Assembly (NCBI GenBank): GCA_001004905.1
Contig: LCRY01000002.1
Location: 1,559 to 65,558, forward strand
From: Parcubacteria group bacterium GW2011_GWA1_56_13
GTDB lineage: Bacteria; Patescibacteriota; Minisyncoccia; Phycocordibacterales; Phycocordibacteraceae
Direction: 5' to 3'
DNA length: 64,000 nt
A program made the position numbers and the translations under genes. The notes beneath the pieces are model-generated. The model was not told where the DNA came from. It saw only the letters and a list, made by a program, of their open reading frames with translations, and made no database searches. Below are positions 7,629 through 18,458 of this stretch, piece by piece; the stretch's first letter is position 1; every line of letters starts with the position of its first letter.

Positions 7629-8764
7629 AGCGGATACTCATTTTCTCTCTTGCGTACTACCCACACGTCGGCGGCGCCGAAGTGGCCGTGAAGGAAATCT
7701 CCGATCGAATGTCCGACATCGAATTCCACATGCTCACCCTGAATTTCGGTGCCGATGTGGCACAGGAGAAAATAGGGAATATTTTCGTGCATCGGGTCGG
7801 GAACGGGCACTCCTATCTCTCAAAGATACTTTTCGTGCCGCGCGCCGCGTATGCAGCGCGCGCGATGCATGCCACACTCCATTTTGACTGCTTGTGGGCA
7901 ATGATGAGCTACATGCTTTTTCCGATTGTGCTGCTGCGTTTTATGAGACTGAAAGTGCCATATCTGCTCACGCTCCAGGAAGGCGATCCTTGGGAACACG
8001 TGTTTTCACGATGGTTTATTCTTCCGCTACGACCGCTCCTCTCGATGGGATTCAGGCACGCGTCCGCCATACAGACCATTTCAACCTACCTTGCGCGGTG
8101 GGCGCGTCACATGGGTTTCGAAAAAGAGGTGGTCGTCATTCCGAATGGCGTAGACCTTGAGCGTTTTGCAAGGACGGCGCATCCATCGGTTATGACTGCG
8201 GGCACGCTGAATCTAGTGACTGCTTCGCGCTTGGTACGCAAGAACGCCATTGATGATGTGATCCGCGCTCTTGTACTTTTGCCGGAGAATGTGCAATTCA
8301 TAGTCTATGGCACCGGCCCCGACGAGGCGAAATTAAAAAAGCTTTCTCAGGAACTCAATGTTTCTGATCGCGTATTGTTCAAAGGATATATTCCGCATGC
8401 CGAATTGGCGCGCGCATTCGGGACGGCTCATATCTTCATCCGTCCCTCGCGTTCGGAGGGCATGGGCAACTCCTTCATCGAGGCGATGGCGGCCGGGCTG
8501 CCGGTCATTGCCACGCAGGAAGGCGGCATCGCTGATTTCTTATTCGATGAAAAGCGTGATCCCGATAAGGAGGCGACGGGGTGGGCGGTAGATAAGGACT
8601 CTCCGGAGCAAATAGCGTTCGCCGTTAAAGACATTATGACGAATCCAGGGAAAGTGGCGCGCGTGACGGCGAACGCATCTCGGCTCGTGCGCGAAAGATA
8701 CGGCTGGAATCTCATCGCCCGGCAGATGAGACAGGTATTCGACCAAGCGCTCGCCAGCCGCTAA
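7625..8764 (+). CDS. Glycosyltransferase family 4
   Basis: GGAE, IPNGVD, PSRSEGMGNSFIEAMAAG. Confidence 0.92.
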   Translation: MKRILIFSLAYYPHVGGAEVAVKEISDRMSDIEFHMLTLNFGADVAQEKIGNIFVHRVGNGHSYLSKILFVPRAAYAARAMHATLHFDCLWAMMSYMLFPIVLLRFMRLKVPYLLTLQEGDPWEHVFSRWFILPLRPLLSMGFRHASAIQTISTYLARWARHMGFEKEVVVIPNGVDLERFARTAHPSVMTAGTLNLVTASRLVRKNAIDDVIRALVLLPENVQFIVYGTGPDEAKLKKLSQELNVSDRVLFKGYIPHAELARAFGTAHIFIRPSRSEGMGNSFIEAMAAGLPVIATQEGGIADFLFDEKRDPDKEATGWAVDKDSPEQIAFAVKDIMTNPGKVARVTANASRLVRERYGWNLIARQMRQVFDQALASR

Positions 8765-8773
8765 ACTGCCCGT

Positions 8774-9781
8774 ATGAAGCTCGTTATCGCGACACCGCTG
8801 TATCCGCCCGACATAGGCGGGCCGGCGACGTACGTAAGGCTTCTTGAGGACGGGCTGCCCAAAAACGGCATTGAGGTTGACGTAGTGAAATTCAGCGATG
8901 TCCGGCGCCTGCCGAAACTCATCCGCCATTACGTGTATTATCGGCGCGTCCTTCGCGTAGCGCGCAGCGCCGACGCGGTGCTCGCGCTCGATCCGGTCTC
9001 GGTCGGATTGCCCGCGATGAAGGCGGCGCAGAAAGCGGGGAAGCCCTTTGTGGTGAAGATCGTCGGCGATTACGCCTGGGAGCAGGGAGTGCAGCGGTTC
9101 GGCGTCACGCAGGAGCTTGATGCATTCGTGCAGAAAAGACAATCCTCCTGGTTCGTACGCCGGCTGCAGGCGATAGAGAAAAGCGTTGCTTTCGCTGCAG
9201 ATAAGGTCATCGTACCGAGCCATTATTTGCAGCACATCGTTGCGGCGTGGGGCATCCCGGAAGAAAAAATATCCGTGATACACAACGGCATCGAACTTCC
9301 GGAGCGCATACCGGAACGCCAGAAAAAGGAGGGAAAATTCCTCATCGTGTCAGCTGGCCGGCGCGTTCCCTGGAAGGGCTTCGAAGCAATCGAGCGCGTT
9401 GCGCAGAAACACGCACACTGGCACGTCTATATCGCTTCGGGCCTGCCGCGGGACGAGGCTCTCGGCTGGATAAAAGCCGCGGATGTTTTCGTGTTAAATT
9501 CACACTACGAGGGGCTCTCGCACGTGCTCATCGAGGCAATGGTAATCGGAACGCCGGTCATCGCGACGAACGCAGGGGGCAATGCGACGCTCGTCGTAGA
9601 CGGAGAGACGGGACTTCTCATACCTCCGGCAGACGACGCTTCGCTGGAGCGGGCGCTTATCGCGGTGGAGCACGATCCCGCGGCGGCGAAGAAGCGCGCT
9701 CGCGCCGCACAAAAACAAATGAATGATTTCTCAGTCCTGCATATGCTCTGGACGACGACGGAGCTTTTAAAAAAACTATGA
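8774..9781 (+). CDS. Glycosyltransferase family 4
   Basis: YPPDIGGPATY, NSHYEGLSHVLIEAM. Confidence 0.92.
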   Translation: MKLVIATPLYPPDIGGPATYVRLLEDGLPKNGIEVDVVKFSDVRRLPKLIRHYVYYRRVLRVARSADAVLALDPVSVGLPAMKAAQKAGKPFVVKIVGDYAWEQGVQRFGVTQELDAFVQKRQSSWFVRRLQAIEKSVAFAADKVIVPSHYLQHIVAAWGIPEEKISVIHNGIELPERIPERQKKEGKFLIVSAGRRVPWKGFEAIERVAQKHAHWHVYIASGLPRDEALGWIKAADVFVLNSHYEGLSHVLIEAMVIGTPVIATNAGGNATLVVDGETGLLIPPADDASLERALIAVEHDPAAAKKRARAAQKQMNDFSVLHMLWTTTELLKKL

Positions 9782-10923
9782 AAGTCATCTTCATTTCGAA
9801 TGACCCCACGATATTCGACGCCACAAGTGCTGTCCGCGCACGTATGCGCGCGTATGCCGCCCTGATGGCAGAACTTCATATCGTTTCCGCCGCCGGCCTT
9901 TCCGCGCGTGAAGAGCACGAAGGGAACCTACATCTCTATCCGGTGCGCGGATGGAAACTCTTCCGCGTGAGCGCGCTCGCGAAGCGGGCACACGCGCTCA
10001 TACTTGAAAAAGGGATCGAAATTGTTTCTGCGCAAGACCCTTTCGAGCACGGCCTTGCGGCGCTTCGAGCCGTGCGCGGCACGAGCGCGAAACTGCATAT
10101 TCAAGTGCACACGGATTTCCTGTCCCCGTGGTTCATTCGGAGCGGCAACTGGCGTTCCCCGCGCGTGCGCATGCCGCTCTTGAATCGCTATCGTCGGGAC
10201 ATCGCTGACCGCGTTCTGCCCGCGGCACATGGCATTCGCGTCGTTTCAGAACGGGTGAAGCGGTCGCTTGCCGCGCGCTATGGCAGCCGCATTCCCGAGC
10301 CCGCCATGATACCGGTCGCGGTTGATCCGGCCGTTCCCGAAGCGGTCCGGTTGCCGGCGCATCCGGGATTTACGTTCATACTTATTGCGGTCGGCAGGCT
10401 CGAACCGGAGAAACGGGTCGAGGATATTCTGGCGGCTCTGAAACTGGTCGTGCCACATTACCCGATGGCGGGACTGTTCATCATCGGGGAAGGGCGCGAG
10501 AAGAATCGGCTCCAACGTATGGTCAACCGCCTCGATCTCTCGAACAATGTGATTTTTGTCGAAGGATGGCTCCCGCCCGCGCAGGCCTGGGGAATGATGC
10601 GGAGCGCGCATGCCTTCATCCAGGCGAGCGCCTATGAGGGCTACGGTCGCACGCTCATCGAGGCGGCGCTCGCGAGGGTCCCTATCATCACGACCGACGT
10701 CGGCATTGTGGGAGAAGTATTCAAGGGATACGAAGAAGTACTCTCGGTACCGGTTGCCGATCCGACGGCGCTGTCGCTCGCCATCGTCGGGCTCATCGAG
10801 GATAATGCGGTCCGACAGGAGCTGCCGATCCGCGCCGAAGCCGCCGCCCGCGCGCATCTCGCGACTGTCGGCAATGTACCGGCTCGCGTTGTTGCCGACC
10901 TTGCCCGCGTCCTCGCGCCATGA
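9778..10923 (+). CDS. Glycosyltransferase family 4
   Basis: VGRLEPEK, SAYEGYGRTLIEAA. Confidence 0.9.
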   Translation: MKVIFISNDPTIFDATSAVRARMRAYAALMAELHIVSAAGLSAREEHEGNLHLYPVRGWKLFRVSALAKRAHALILEKGIEIVSAQDPFEHGLAALRAVRGTSAKLHIQVHTDFLSPWFIRSGNWRSPRVRMPLLNRYRRDIADRVLPAAHGIRVVSERVKRSLAARYGSRIPEPAMIPVAVDPAVPEAVRLPAHPGFTFILIAVGRLEPEKRVEDILAALKLVVPHYPMAGLFIIGEGREKNRLQRMVNRLDLSNNVIFVEGWLPPAQAWGMMRSAHAFIQASAYEGYGRTLIEAALARVPIITTDVGIVGEVFKGYEEVLSVPVADPTALSLAIVGLIEDNAVRQELPIRAEAAARAHLATVGNVPARVVADLARVLAP

Positions 10924-11843
10924 AACTACTCGTCGTCACGCAGGCGGTCGATGTAGAAGACCCCGTGCTCGGGTTTTTCGTGCGCTGGATAGAAGAGTTC
11001 GCGAAGCATGCGGAGAACATCGAAGTCATTTGCCTCCGGGAAGGAGCGCACGCGTTACCGGCCAATGTCCGCGCGCATTCGCTCGGCAAATCCTCCTTCG
11101 CCAAGGCCCAGCAGGGCATAGGAACGCGCTTACGGTATGTGTTCAGATTTCTCTCGCTTGTGTGGCGGCTTCGTCGCGACTATGACGCCGTTTTCGTGCA
11201 CATGAATCCGGAATATATCGTACTAGGCGGCCTTTTTTGGCGGCTATTGCATAAGCGCATTGCGCTCTGGTATACGCACAAGAGCGTCGATTTGAAACTG
11301 TGTGTCGCGGAACTTCTTTCAAACATTATTTTTACAGCCTCAAAAGAGAGCTTCCGGCTCAAAAGCAGGAAGGTGCGCGTGATCGGGCATGGTATCGACA
11401 CTGTCTTCTTCACCCCCGACCCGAGCGTCGCGCGCGGCGACTGGTTGCTCTCGGTTGGGCGGCTCATGCCGAGCAAGCGGCACGACCTCGCCATTCGCGC
11501 GGCAGCAGGGGATGGTAAGGAGCTACGTATCGTTGGCGATGGGCCCGAGTGGGACCATCTTGAAGCGCTTACTCAGGAACTCGGTGCGCGTGTCCAATTT
11601 CTGGGAAGCCTGGATCAATCGAAACTGCGCGACGAATATCGTAGAGCCGCTTTTCTTATTCACACGAGCGAGACGGGGAGTCTCGACAAGGTAGTCCTCG
11701 AGGCCCTCGCGTGCGGACTGCCCGTCCGTACCAACGACCCGGCGCTTAAAGCGCTTGAGAGCGAAACCTTCGCGTACGTTCGGAAGTATCACTCGCTTGG
11801 GCGCCTAATTCCCGCTATGCTTCAGATATTTCAGATGCCATGA
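10920..11843 (+). CDS. Glycosyltransferase family 4
   Basis: GHGID, VGRLMPSK, SETGSLDKVVLEALACG. Confidence 0.88.
   Translation: MKLLVVTQAVDVEDPVLGFFVRWIEEFAKHAENIEVICLREGAHALPANVRAHSLGKSSFAKAQQGIGTRLRYVFRFLSLVWRLRRDYDAVFVHMNPEYIVLGGLFWRLLHKRIALWYTHKSVDLKLCVAELLSNIIFTASKESFRLKSRKVRVIGHGIDTVFFTPDPSVARGDWLLSVGRLMPSKRHDLAIRAAAGDGKELRIVGDGPEWDHLEALTQELGARVQFLGSLDQSKLRDEYRRAAFLIHTSETGSLDKVVLEALACGLPVRTNDPALKALESETFAYVRKYHSLGRLIPAMLQIFQMP
11091..11117. repeat. Degenerate palindromic element in frame in GT4 (SSFAKAQQG)
   Basis: TCCTCCTTCGCCAAGGCCCAGCAGGGC; resembles a CCTTCGC-nAn-GC...AGGG hairpin. Confidence 0.4.
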
Positions 11844-12466
11844 CCTACCAAGCCCAAGTCGGCAAATCGCATTATTCAGGCAAAGCGTACCGCTCTCTGG
11901 AGCGCTGGACTTCCTACTGGCACCAAATGGACCTGATGCGTCGCGCGAGCCCGCAAACGCTCCTGGAGATCGGTGTTGGCGATGGTGTGGCGGCACGCGA
12001 ACTGTCCGCCGCGGGCATATCCGTGACCACGGTGGATATCGCGGAGGACCTGGGTCCGGATGTCGTTGGTTCTATCACCGCACTGCCGTTTCCCGACAAA
12101 TCATTTGATGCGATCCTCGCGGCGGAAGTATTGGAGCATATTCGTTTTCAAGACGTACCGCAGGCGCTCTCGGAGATGCGCCGCGTCGCCCGCACGCAGG
12201 TCCTCATATCCCTTCCGCATCCCGGATACGTCTTTTCGCTTATCGCGAAAGTGCCTCTTCTGCGGCGCTTCTCGCTCCTCTTCAAGGTCCCCTTTTTCTG
12301 GAAGGAGCACTGTTTTAATGGCGAACATTATTGGGAATTGGGCAAGAAAACATTCTCTCTTCGCACATTCATGCGGCACGCGGAGAAGGCAGGACTCGAA
12401 CTCCTCGTTTCCCGTTCGTATGCGGATGATCCTTCCCACCGCTTTTTCCTTTTTAAAATCATATGA
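11840..12466 (+). CDS. Class I SAM-dependent methyltransferase
   Basis: LLEIGVGDG, LPFPDKSFD, EVLEHI. Confidence 0.88.
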   Translation: MTYQAQVGKSHYSGKAYRSLERWTSYWHQMDLMRRASPQTLLEIGVGDGVAARELSAAGISVTTVDIAEDLGPDVVGSITALPFPDKSFDAILAAEVLEHIRFQDVPQALSEMRRVARTQVLISLPHPGYVFSLIAKVPLLRRFSLLFKVPFFWKEHCFNGEHYWELGKKTFSLRTFMRHAEKAGLELLVSRSYADDPSHRFFLFKII

Positions 12467-13107
12467 GACGCTATTCTCTTTTCCACACGCTCCGCTACCT
12501 GTACGCCGGACAATCGTTCGCTCGCATTCTAATGAATTACGAACTTGCCCGGCACACTCTCCGGGGACGGGTCCTGGATGTGGGCGGAGGCAGAAATCCG
12601 GACTACTACGCGTATCTTCGCCGCGCGGGCGATGTATCCGTGGAAGTCATCGACGGAGCCCTTACAGGGATTGATTTTGAAAAAGACCCGCTGCCATACG
12701 GGAATCGTCATTTCGACACTGTCCTTTTATGCAACGTACTTGAGCACGTCTACGACCATCAGTTTCTTTTGAAAGAAATACGGCGTGTACTCGCGTCTCA
12801 CGGCACGCTCCTAGGGTTCGTGCCATTCTGGACTGGCTACCACCCCGATCCGCACGACTATTTCCGTTATACGGCTGAGGCCCTGCGGCGCGCGCTCTTC
12901 GATGCAGGATTCACCAATGTGGATATCCGCAGCGTCGGCAGAGGTCCTCTGCTTGCGAATTTCAACACCATTGTCCTTTCACTTCCGCGCTTCGCACGGC
13001 CGCTTGCGTATTGCGTATACGCAACGTTCGATGCGCTGTTCGTGCGGCTTCGTCCGCGCAGCATGGAACGCAATCCGCTTGGCTATCAATTCAACGCGCA
13101 TGTATAA
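12463..13107 (+). CDS. Class I SAM-dependent methyltransferase
   Basis: VLDVGGG, NVLEHV, HPDPHDYFRYT. Confidence 0.88.
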   Translation: MRRYSLFHTLRYLYAGQSFARILMNYELARHTLRGRVLDVGGGRNPDYYAYLRRAGDVSVEVIDGALTGIDFEKDPLPYGNRHFDTVLLCNVLEHVYDHQFLLKEIRRVLASHGTLLGFVPFWTGYHPDPHDYFRYTAEALRRALFDAGFTNVDIRSVGRGPLLANFNTIVLSLPRFARPLAYCVYATFDALFVRLRPRSMERNPLGYQFNAHV

Positions 13108-14107
13108 AGTATTCATTCCAGAACCTCTTCCGAACATACCGCAGGTGGCGTTCATTGCCGACCGTTCGCAGGAGGGGAACAAGCTTTTTCAGACGATACC
13201 GCCCGATGCCTATAAAAATATCTTTGCCCGCGTACTCGACGCTACGCAAGCTGACATCGTCATAGCGCCGCATGAATACGTTCAATTACGCAACCATCCT
13301 TCATATCTGGCGCGCTGCCAAGACACAGCCCGCATGGCACATATTCCGCTTCTTGTTTCCGCCTATCAGGACGATGCGCGTCCGATTGCACTGCCGGGAA
13401 CATTCGTTCTCCGCCCCTCCGCCTATCGCACCGCGCTTTCCGCGCGCGAGATACTCATGCCGGCATACGTCGAAGACGTCGGGGCAGCATGGGGGATCGA
13501 GCCATTGCCAAAAGGAGAAAAGCCGATCGTCTCGTTTGTCGGGAAGGCCGACTTTTCGAGTTTGGGCGAGCGGATACGGTACGTCATCCGCAATTATGCG
13601 GTGCGCCACGGACCGCGTAAGCAGGGCATATACTTCAGACGCCACGCCCTCTCAAGTTTGGCGGCCGACCCGCGCATCGTGCTCAACACCATCGTCCGGA
13701 AGCGCTATTCGGCGCACAGAAACACCATCGAGGTTCCGCCGGCACAGGCACGGGCGGAATACATACGCTCGATCCAGCATGCACATTTCACGCTCGCTCC
13801 GGGCGGCGACGGCAATTACTCGCTACGCTTTTACGAAACGCTTGCGCTCGGACGGATACCCATTCTCATCGACACAGACATGCCCCTCCCGCTTCAGGAC
13901 CGCATCGACTATAACGCTTGCATCGTGCGCGTTCCCTGGCGGGACATAGCGCACATTGGCGACTATGTCATTCGTTTCTTTAATGACCGGAGCGAGAATT
14001 CTTTCATCGAGGCCCAGAAAAACGCGCGCAACGTCTTTGGATCCTACTTGTACATGCCGCGCTTTCTTGAGCATCTATTCGCCGACATACTGCCCAAGCG
14101 CGGTTGA
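13100..14107 (+). CDS. Exostosin-family (GT47-like) glycosyltransferase
   Basis: SFVG, FTLAPGGDGNYSLRFYETLALGRIPILID. Start ATG 13100 overlaps the upstream stop. Confidence 0.75.
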   Translation: MYKVFIPEPLPNIPQVAFIADRSQEGNKLFQTIPPDAYKNIFARVLDATQADIVIAPHEYVQLRNHPSYLARCQDTARMAHIPLLVSAYQDDARPIALPGTFVLRPSAYRTALSAREILMPAYVEDVGAAWGIEPLPKGEKPIVSFVGKADFSSLGERIRYVIRNYAVRHGPRKQGIYFRRHALSSLAADPRIVLNTIVRKRYSAHRNTIEVPPAQARAEYIRSIQHAHFTLAPGGDGNYSLRFYETLALGRIPILIDTDMPLPLQDRIDYNACIVRVPWRDIAHIGDYVIRFFNDRSENSFIEAQKNARNVFGSYLYMPRFLEHLFADILPKRG

Positions 14108-14138
14108 TTGCGCAAGAATTCCCTTATACTATGTCTTC

Positions 14139-15584
14139 GTGTCCGCACCGAAGATCTGCCGAATGATTCAGTTCGTGCTGCTTTGCGCAGGTGTTACGGC
14201 AATTCTATTCTTCTCATCGTTCCATTTGTTCGACAGCCCGGAAACATGGATGGACGAAGGACTCATCATACAGTCGGCGGTCGGACTTCTTCACACTGGA
14301 GAGGCCGCATTGCCCGTGGCGCCGGGCATTTTCGAGCCGGCGTGGTACATTACCACAGGTTTTCCTCTGACGCTCCCGCTTGCGGCAGCATTCGCGTTTT
14401 TCGGCGTGTCGCTTGAAGCCGCCCGCCTGGTGATGCTGGCGTTCCTATTATGTTTTTATGCGGTTCTCTTTCTATATGCACGCAGAGCCATAGGCGGCAC
14501 TGCCGCCTGGTTTGGGTTCTTTCTCCTTGTCTTTTTCGCTCCAATTTACGGCAATGGCCGCAACGTGCTCGGCGAAATTCCCGGGCTTTTGTTCATGCTC
14601 CTTGCATTCCTGCCGCTCTTGTATGGAGGGGAACTGACACGTACGAAAGTCCTGTGCATCGGCGCGGGAGCGGGCCTTGCGGTTGCCACAAAACCGATAT
14701 TCATTCTGTTCCTGCCAGCGTTGCTCGTTACGGCCCTCCTGCACCGCCGTGAATTCTCGTTGAGGACAGCGTTTCCGTTCGGTGCGCTTGGCGTTGCCGT
14801 TCCCCTTATCGTTTGGTTCTTTCTCCAGTTTGACGGGGTGGGAATTTCGCAAGTGCTTGCCATATACGCCAATCCGCACGCCGTCGACATCAAAAGCGCT
14901 ATCGCCGCTAATGTGCACCGGCTGTTCGCAGAAGGACAGCCGCTCTATTTCTTTATGGCGCTCGTTGCCTGGTGTGCCAGTTACGCCGTGCGCCGAATAC
15001 GCAGGGAAGCCGTTTCGTTCGCCGAAGAATCGCTCCTGTTCTTTAGCGTATTCGTGGCGTTCGCGTATCTGCGCACTGCGGGGTACTACCGTTATTTCTT
15101 TCCCGCCCAGATTTTCGTGCTCTTGTATCTTCCGCAGTCGGTCCTCTACCTCGCCCGGGGCCGTGCTCGCATGGTTTCCCTCGCCGTCATCGCCTGTCTC
15201 TGCGGACTCGTTCTGTTCCAGGCGTACGAAACGGCATTCCGTTCGTGGACGGCGGTACATTATAATTCGACGCGCACTGAAACGCTCGCGCGATATGTCG
15301 CCGGGCTCCCCGCCAAAGCGAAGATCTTCGTGTATCAGGCGCCCGAGGCCGTACCGTTCCTTTCGGGGCGCGCTGTGTACCAATATGCGGAGATCACTCC
15401 GACCATTCGCTTCGGAGAAGCATACGTTCCGCTCATCCTGTCGGGGGAAGTGCCGCGCATCATCACTCGCGCGGACCTCTTTGAAGCGCATCGGACCGAC
15501 CTCTTTGCGCACTACGTACTCTCCGGGGAAGCGGACGGCTACGCTATGCTGGTCCATACGGCCCTCTCGGGGCAATCACGATGA
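14139..15584 (+). CDS. Multi-TM GT-C fold (ArnT/PMT-like) glycosyltransferase
   Basis: WMDEG in the first loop, many TM segments, VLGEIP, ATKP. TTGATT-17-TACTAT promoter precedes GTG 14139. Confidence 0.75.
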   Translation: MSAPKICRMIQFVLLCAGVTAILFFSSFHLFDSPETWMDEGLIIQSAVGLLHTGEAALPVAPGIFEPAWYITTGFPLTLPLAAAFAFFGVSLEAARLVMLAFLLCFYAVLFLYARRAIGGTAAWFGFFLLVFFAPIYGNGRNVLGEIPGLLFMLLAFLPLLYGGELTRTKVLCIGAGAGLAVATKPIFILFLPALLVTALLHRREFSLRTAFPFGALGVAVPLIVWFFLQFDGVGISQVLAIYANPHAVDIKSAIAANVHRLFAEGQPLYFFMALVAWCASYAVRRIRREAVSFAEESLLFFSVFVAFAYLRTAGYYRYFFPAQIFVLLYLPQSVLYLARGRARMVSLAVIACLCGLVLFQAYETAFRSWTAVHYNSTRTETLARYVAGLPAKAKIFVYQAPEAVPFLSGRAVYQYAEITPTIRFGEAYVPLILSGEVPRIITRADLFEAHRTDLFAHYVLSGEADGYAMLVHTALSGQSR

Positions 15585-16006
15585 GCACACCAACTTTTTT
15601 GCTCCTTATCCGATACGGCGTCGCCGGCATGACAGGTGCACTCATCCAGACAAGCACGCTGTACATATGGGTCGACGTATTCCACTTTGAGGATTGGTAT
15701 CTCGTCGGGGCGGTAGTCGGCTTTCACCTGGCGCTTCTTGCGACCTTTGCGCTCCAAAAATACTGGACGTTCCGTGACCGCGCGTACGCCGGGATACGAA
15801 GGCAATTCTTTTTCTACACAATCATCGCGCTCGCGAGTCTCGGGCTGAACATCCTGTTCCTGCACACGAGCAAGCTCTTTCTTGAGCGTCTCGGGTTCGA
15901 TTTCTTCCACGGCTGGTATCTGCTCGCGCAGGTTGGCAGTATCGCTATTGTCGCCGCCACGAGCTTCGTCGCGAATTATTCTCTGACGTTCCGCAGGCCT
16001 GTATGA
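15581..16006 (+). CDS. GtrA-family lipid-linked sugar translocase
   Basis: IRYGVAG, FALQKYWTF, four TM segments. Confidence 0.88.
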   Translation: MSTPTFLLLIRYGVAGMTGALIQTSTLYIWVDVFHFEDWYLVGAVVGFHLALLATFALQKYWTFRDRAYAGIRRQFFFYTIIALASLGLNILFLHTSKLFLERLGFDFFHGWYLLAQVGSIAIVAATSFVANYSLTFRRPV

Positions 16007-16713
16007 GCAAGACGGTTATATTACTGCCGACCTATAATGAGCGCGAAAATATCCGGCTCATCGTGTCGGAGATATTCGCCGTCGACCCCCATCTCGGCGT
16101 CATGGTCATTGACGATAATTCTCCCGACGGAACGGCGGAAGAAGTGCGCGCGCTCATGCGGGAGTATCCGAATCTGCGATTGCTCTTGCGGCGGAGGAAG
16201 GAAGGGCTCGGCGAGGCGTATAAAGCGGGAATGCTTCAGACACTTGCCGATCCCGCCGTTGAGAGAATATTCACCATGGACGCGGACGGTTCGCATGCGA
16301 CGGAATATCTGCCTGACATGCTCCGCGCCGGCGAAACGCACGACCTTGTCATCGGGTCCCGATACGTACCGGGAGGAGGGATAGAAAACTGGGAGCCATG
16401 GCGATACCTACTCTCAGAATGGGGAAATTTTTACGCACGCACTATCACGGGGCTTGCTGTCCGGGACCTGACCGCCGGGTATATGTGCTTCCGAGCCGAC
16501 CTTTTACGCAAGATCGACCTGTCGCGTCTGCAGGCGTCCGGCTACGCTTTTCTCATGGAACTGAAATTTTGCGCCACTCGCTCGTTCAGGTGTAGCTTTA
16601 AAGAGGTTCCTATCCACTTCAAGGCCCGGAGGGGGGGAGAGTCGAAAATCTCCGGGCACATAATACGCGAGGGGCTTTCAACGCCATGGAAGCTTCGGTT
16701 TAAGAAAAAATGA
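16003..16713 (+). CDS. Polyprenol-monophosphomannose synthase-like GT2
   Basis: PTYNERENI, DDNSPDGT, MDADGSH, IGSRYVPGG, GESK. Confidence 0.9.
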   Translation: MSKTVILLPTYNERENIRLIVSEIFAVDPHLGVMVIDDNSPDGTAEEVRALMREYPNLRLLLRRRKEGLGEAYKAGMLQTLADPAVERIFTMDADGSHATEYLPDMLRAGETHDLVIGSRYVPGGGIENWEPWRYLLSEWGNFYARTITGLAVRDLTAGYMCFRADLLRKIDLSRLQASGYAFLMELKFCATRSFRCSFKEVPIHFKARRGGESKISGHIIREGLSTPWKLRFKKK

Positions 16714-17582
16714 ACTGTCCGGTCTGCCGCGGTCCCGCACGTCCCCTGTATAAAAAAGGTAGATTTGATGTTGCTAGATGCACCCAGTGCAGGACTCTCT
16801 TTATAGAGAACCCGCCTCCCGACACCTCTGCCATATATGACGAAACATATTTTTTTGGAGGCGGCGGAAGCGGAGGATATGGCTCCTATGATACGGAAAA
16901 GGAGATGATGCGAGGCACCTTCGAGCGCTGCCTCGACCTTATTTCGCGTTACCAAGCAAAAGGAAATCTTTTTGATGTGGGGGCTGCCACCGGCTATTTC
17001 TTGACGCTCGCGAAAAGGCGCGGCTTTGGCGTTTCCGGCGTTGATGTCTCTTCTACCGCCGCACAGGAGGCAAGGAGAAAGGGAATTGACGTGCGGGTGG
17101 GAACACTCGAAACGATTGATTATCCGTCCGCCTCGTTCGAGGTGGTAACTTTGTTTGATGTGCTCGAACATGTGCCGCACCCAGATTCATTCATTAGGCA
17201 TGCTGCAGACCTGCTCGCTCCGGGAGGGATTCTTATGGGAAGCACTCCGGACAGTGGAAGCGCATACGCGCGTATCATGGGCAGACGCTGGCATCTGCTC
17301 TTCCCCCCGGAACATTTGGTGCTGCTCAACGACTATAGTCTGCGCCTGCTGCTTTCCAAGCATGGACTGGAGACAGTATGGACTGGCCGCATCACGAAGC
17401 GCTTCAGTTTACCCTACATTTTTCAAACGACGGCCCGCTGGCTCGGCGTCCCATTGCTGAATCGGATAGGGAACATGCTCCGCGGCACGCGGCTTGGGGC
17501 ACTCGCTATACCGCTTGATTTGCACGACAATATATTTTTTGTGGCGCGCAAAAAGACACCACCGGCACCGGCTCCTTGTTAG
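16710..17582 (+). CDS. Class I SAM-dependent methyltransferase with N-terminal Cys motifs
   Basis: CPVC...CTQC, FDVGAATG, FDVLEHV, PPEHL. Confidence 0.88.
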   Translation: MNCPVCRGPARPLYKKGRFDVARCTQCRTLFIENPPPDTSAIYDETYFFGGGGSGGYGSYDTEKEMMRGTFERCLDLISRYQAKGNLFDVGAATGYFLTLAKRRGFGVSGVDVSSTAAQEARRKGIDVRVGTLETIDYPSASFEVVTLFDVLEHVPHPDSFIRHAADLLAPGGILMGSTPDSGSAYARIMGRRWHLLFPPEHLVLLNDYSLRLLLSKHGLETVWTGRITKRFSLPYIFQTTARWLGVPLLNRIGNMLRGTRLGALAIPLDLHDNIFFVARKKTPPAPAPC

Positions 17583-18424
17583 CGCCACGCGAAGATCATG
17601 TAGGCATGCGCAACATCGCGGTTGATTATTTGATGCGGCTGGGAGGTGGATTTCACAAAAGTGCGGAATCCCGCTGATTCGAGTAGCGCAAGCATTTCCG
17701 AGAGCGGCCGCGTGAAGGAACCGGGAATATAGTGGTATTCAAGCTGTATCGTCTCCACCTGAGAGAGCTTCTTTCCCGTCCGCAGTTCTTCAAGAACGTC
17801 GAATTCCGGCCCTTCAATATCAAGTTTAAGCAGGTGTACCGTGCTGACGATGTATCGCGAGAGGGTATCGACTTCTATCTGATAGGAATGCTGTGGGCGG
17901 TTTTTCTTCCCCGCGTGGTTCGCTATGCTCCCGCTACTGCTTGTCTCTTCCGTATCATCAACAAACAGATTTGCCGTGCCCCTGCTCGCGCCGAGGGCAT
18001 AGGGGAATACTCGCACATCCTTTTCCCATCCGTTCGCCTGAATATTCTTCTCGAGGACTGTCCGGGCCGCAGGATTTGGCTCGAAACACTGAACGTGGGC
18101 GCACGGAGCGCGAAGTTTGATATAGAGAAGCGAAACGCCTATATTGGCTCCGCAGTCGATGACCTCTATCGGTGCATCCGTCGGGCCGATGAAATAAGTC
18201 TCCTTGAAAAATATCTCGGTAAAAAGTCCGACAAACGAGTCAAGAGAAGGAAAGTAAAAAACATGTGGTCCGACGGGGACGCGCGCAAGCAAACCCTTTT
18301 TCGGCGGCCGAAGCTTGTTCCGCAGATGCGCGAGCGCGAACGCAACCGTTGCTTGAGAGCCGAGAAGCGTGCGGAGCTTTAAGAAATAGTCTATATGGCG
18401 GGAGAATTTCACTTTGGTGGTCAT
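17579..18424 (-). CDS. FkbM-family methyltransferase
   Basis: IDCGANIG, FEPNP, LKLDIEGPE. Only credible minus-strand gene in the locus. Confidence 0.9.
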   Translation of the reverse strand: MTTKVKFSRHIDYFLKLRTLLGSQATVAFALAHLRNKLRPPKKGLLARVPVGPHVFYFPSLDSFVGLFTEIFFKETYFIGPTDAPIEVIDCGANIGVSLLYIKLRAPCAHVQCFEPNPAARTVLEKNIQANGWEKDVRVFPYALGASRGTANLFVDDTEETSSSGSIANHAGKKNRPQHSYQIEVDTLSRYIVSTVHLLKLDIEGPEFDVLEELRTGKKLSQVETIQLEYHYIPGSFTRPLSEMLALLESAGFRTFVKSTSQPHQIINRDVAHAYMIFAWR

Positions 18425-18458
18425 TTTAACGCATTTCGTCGAATGCTACTATGGCGGC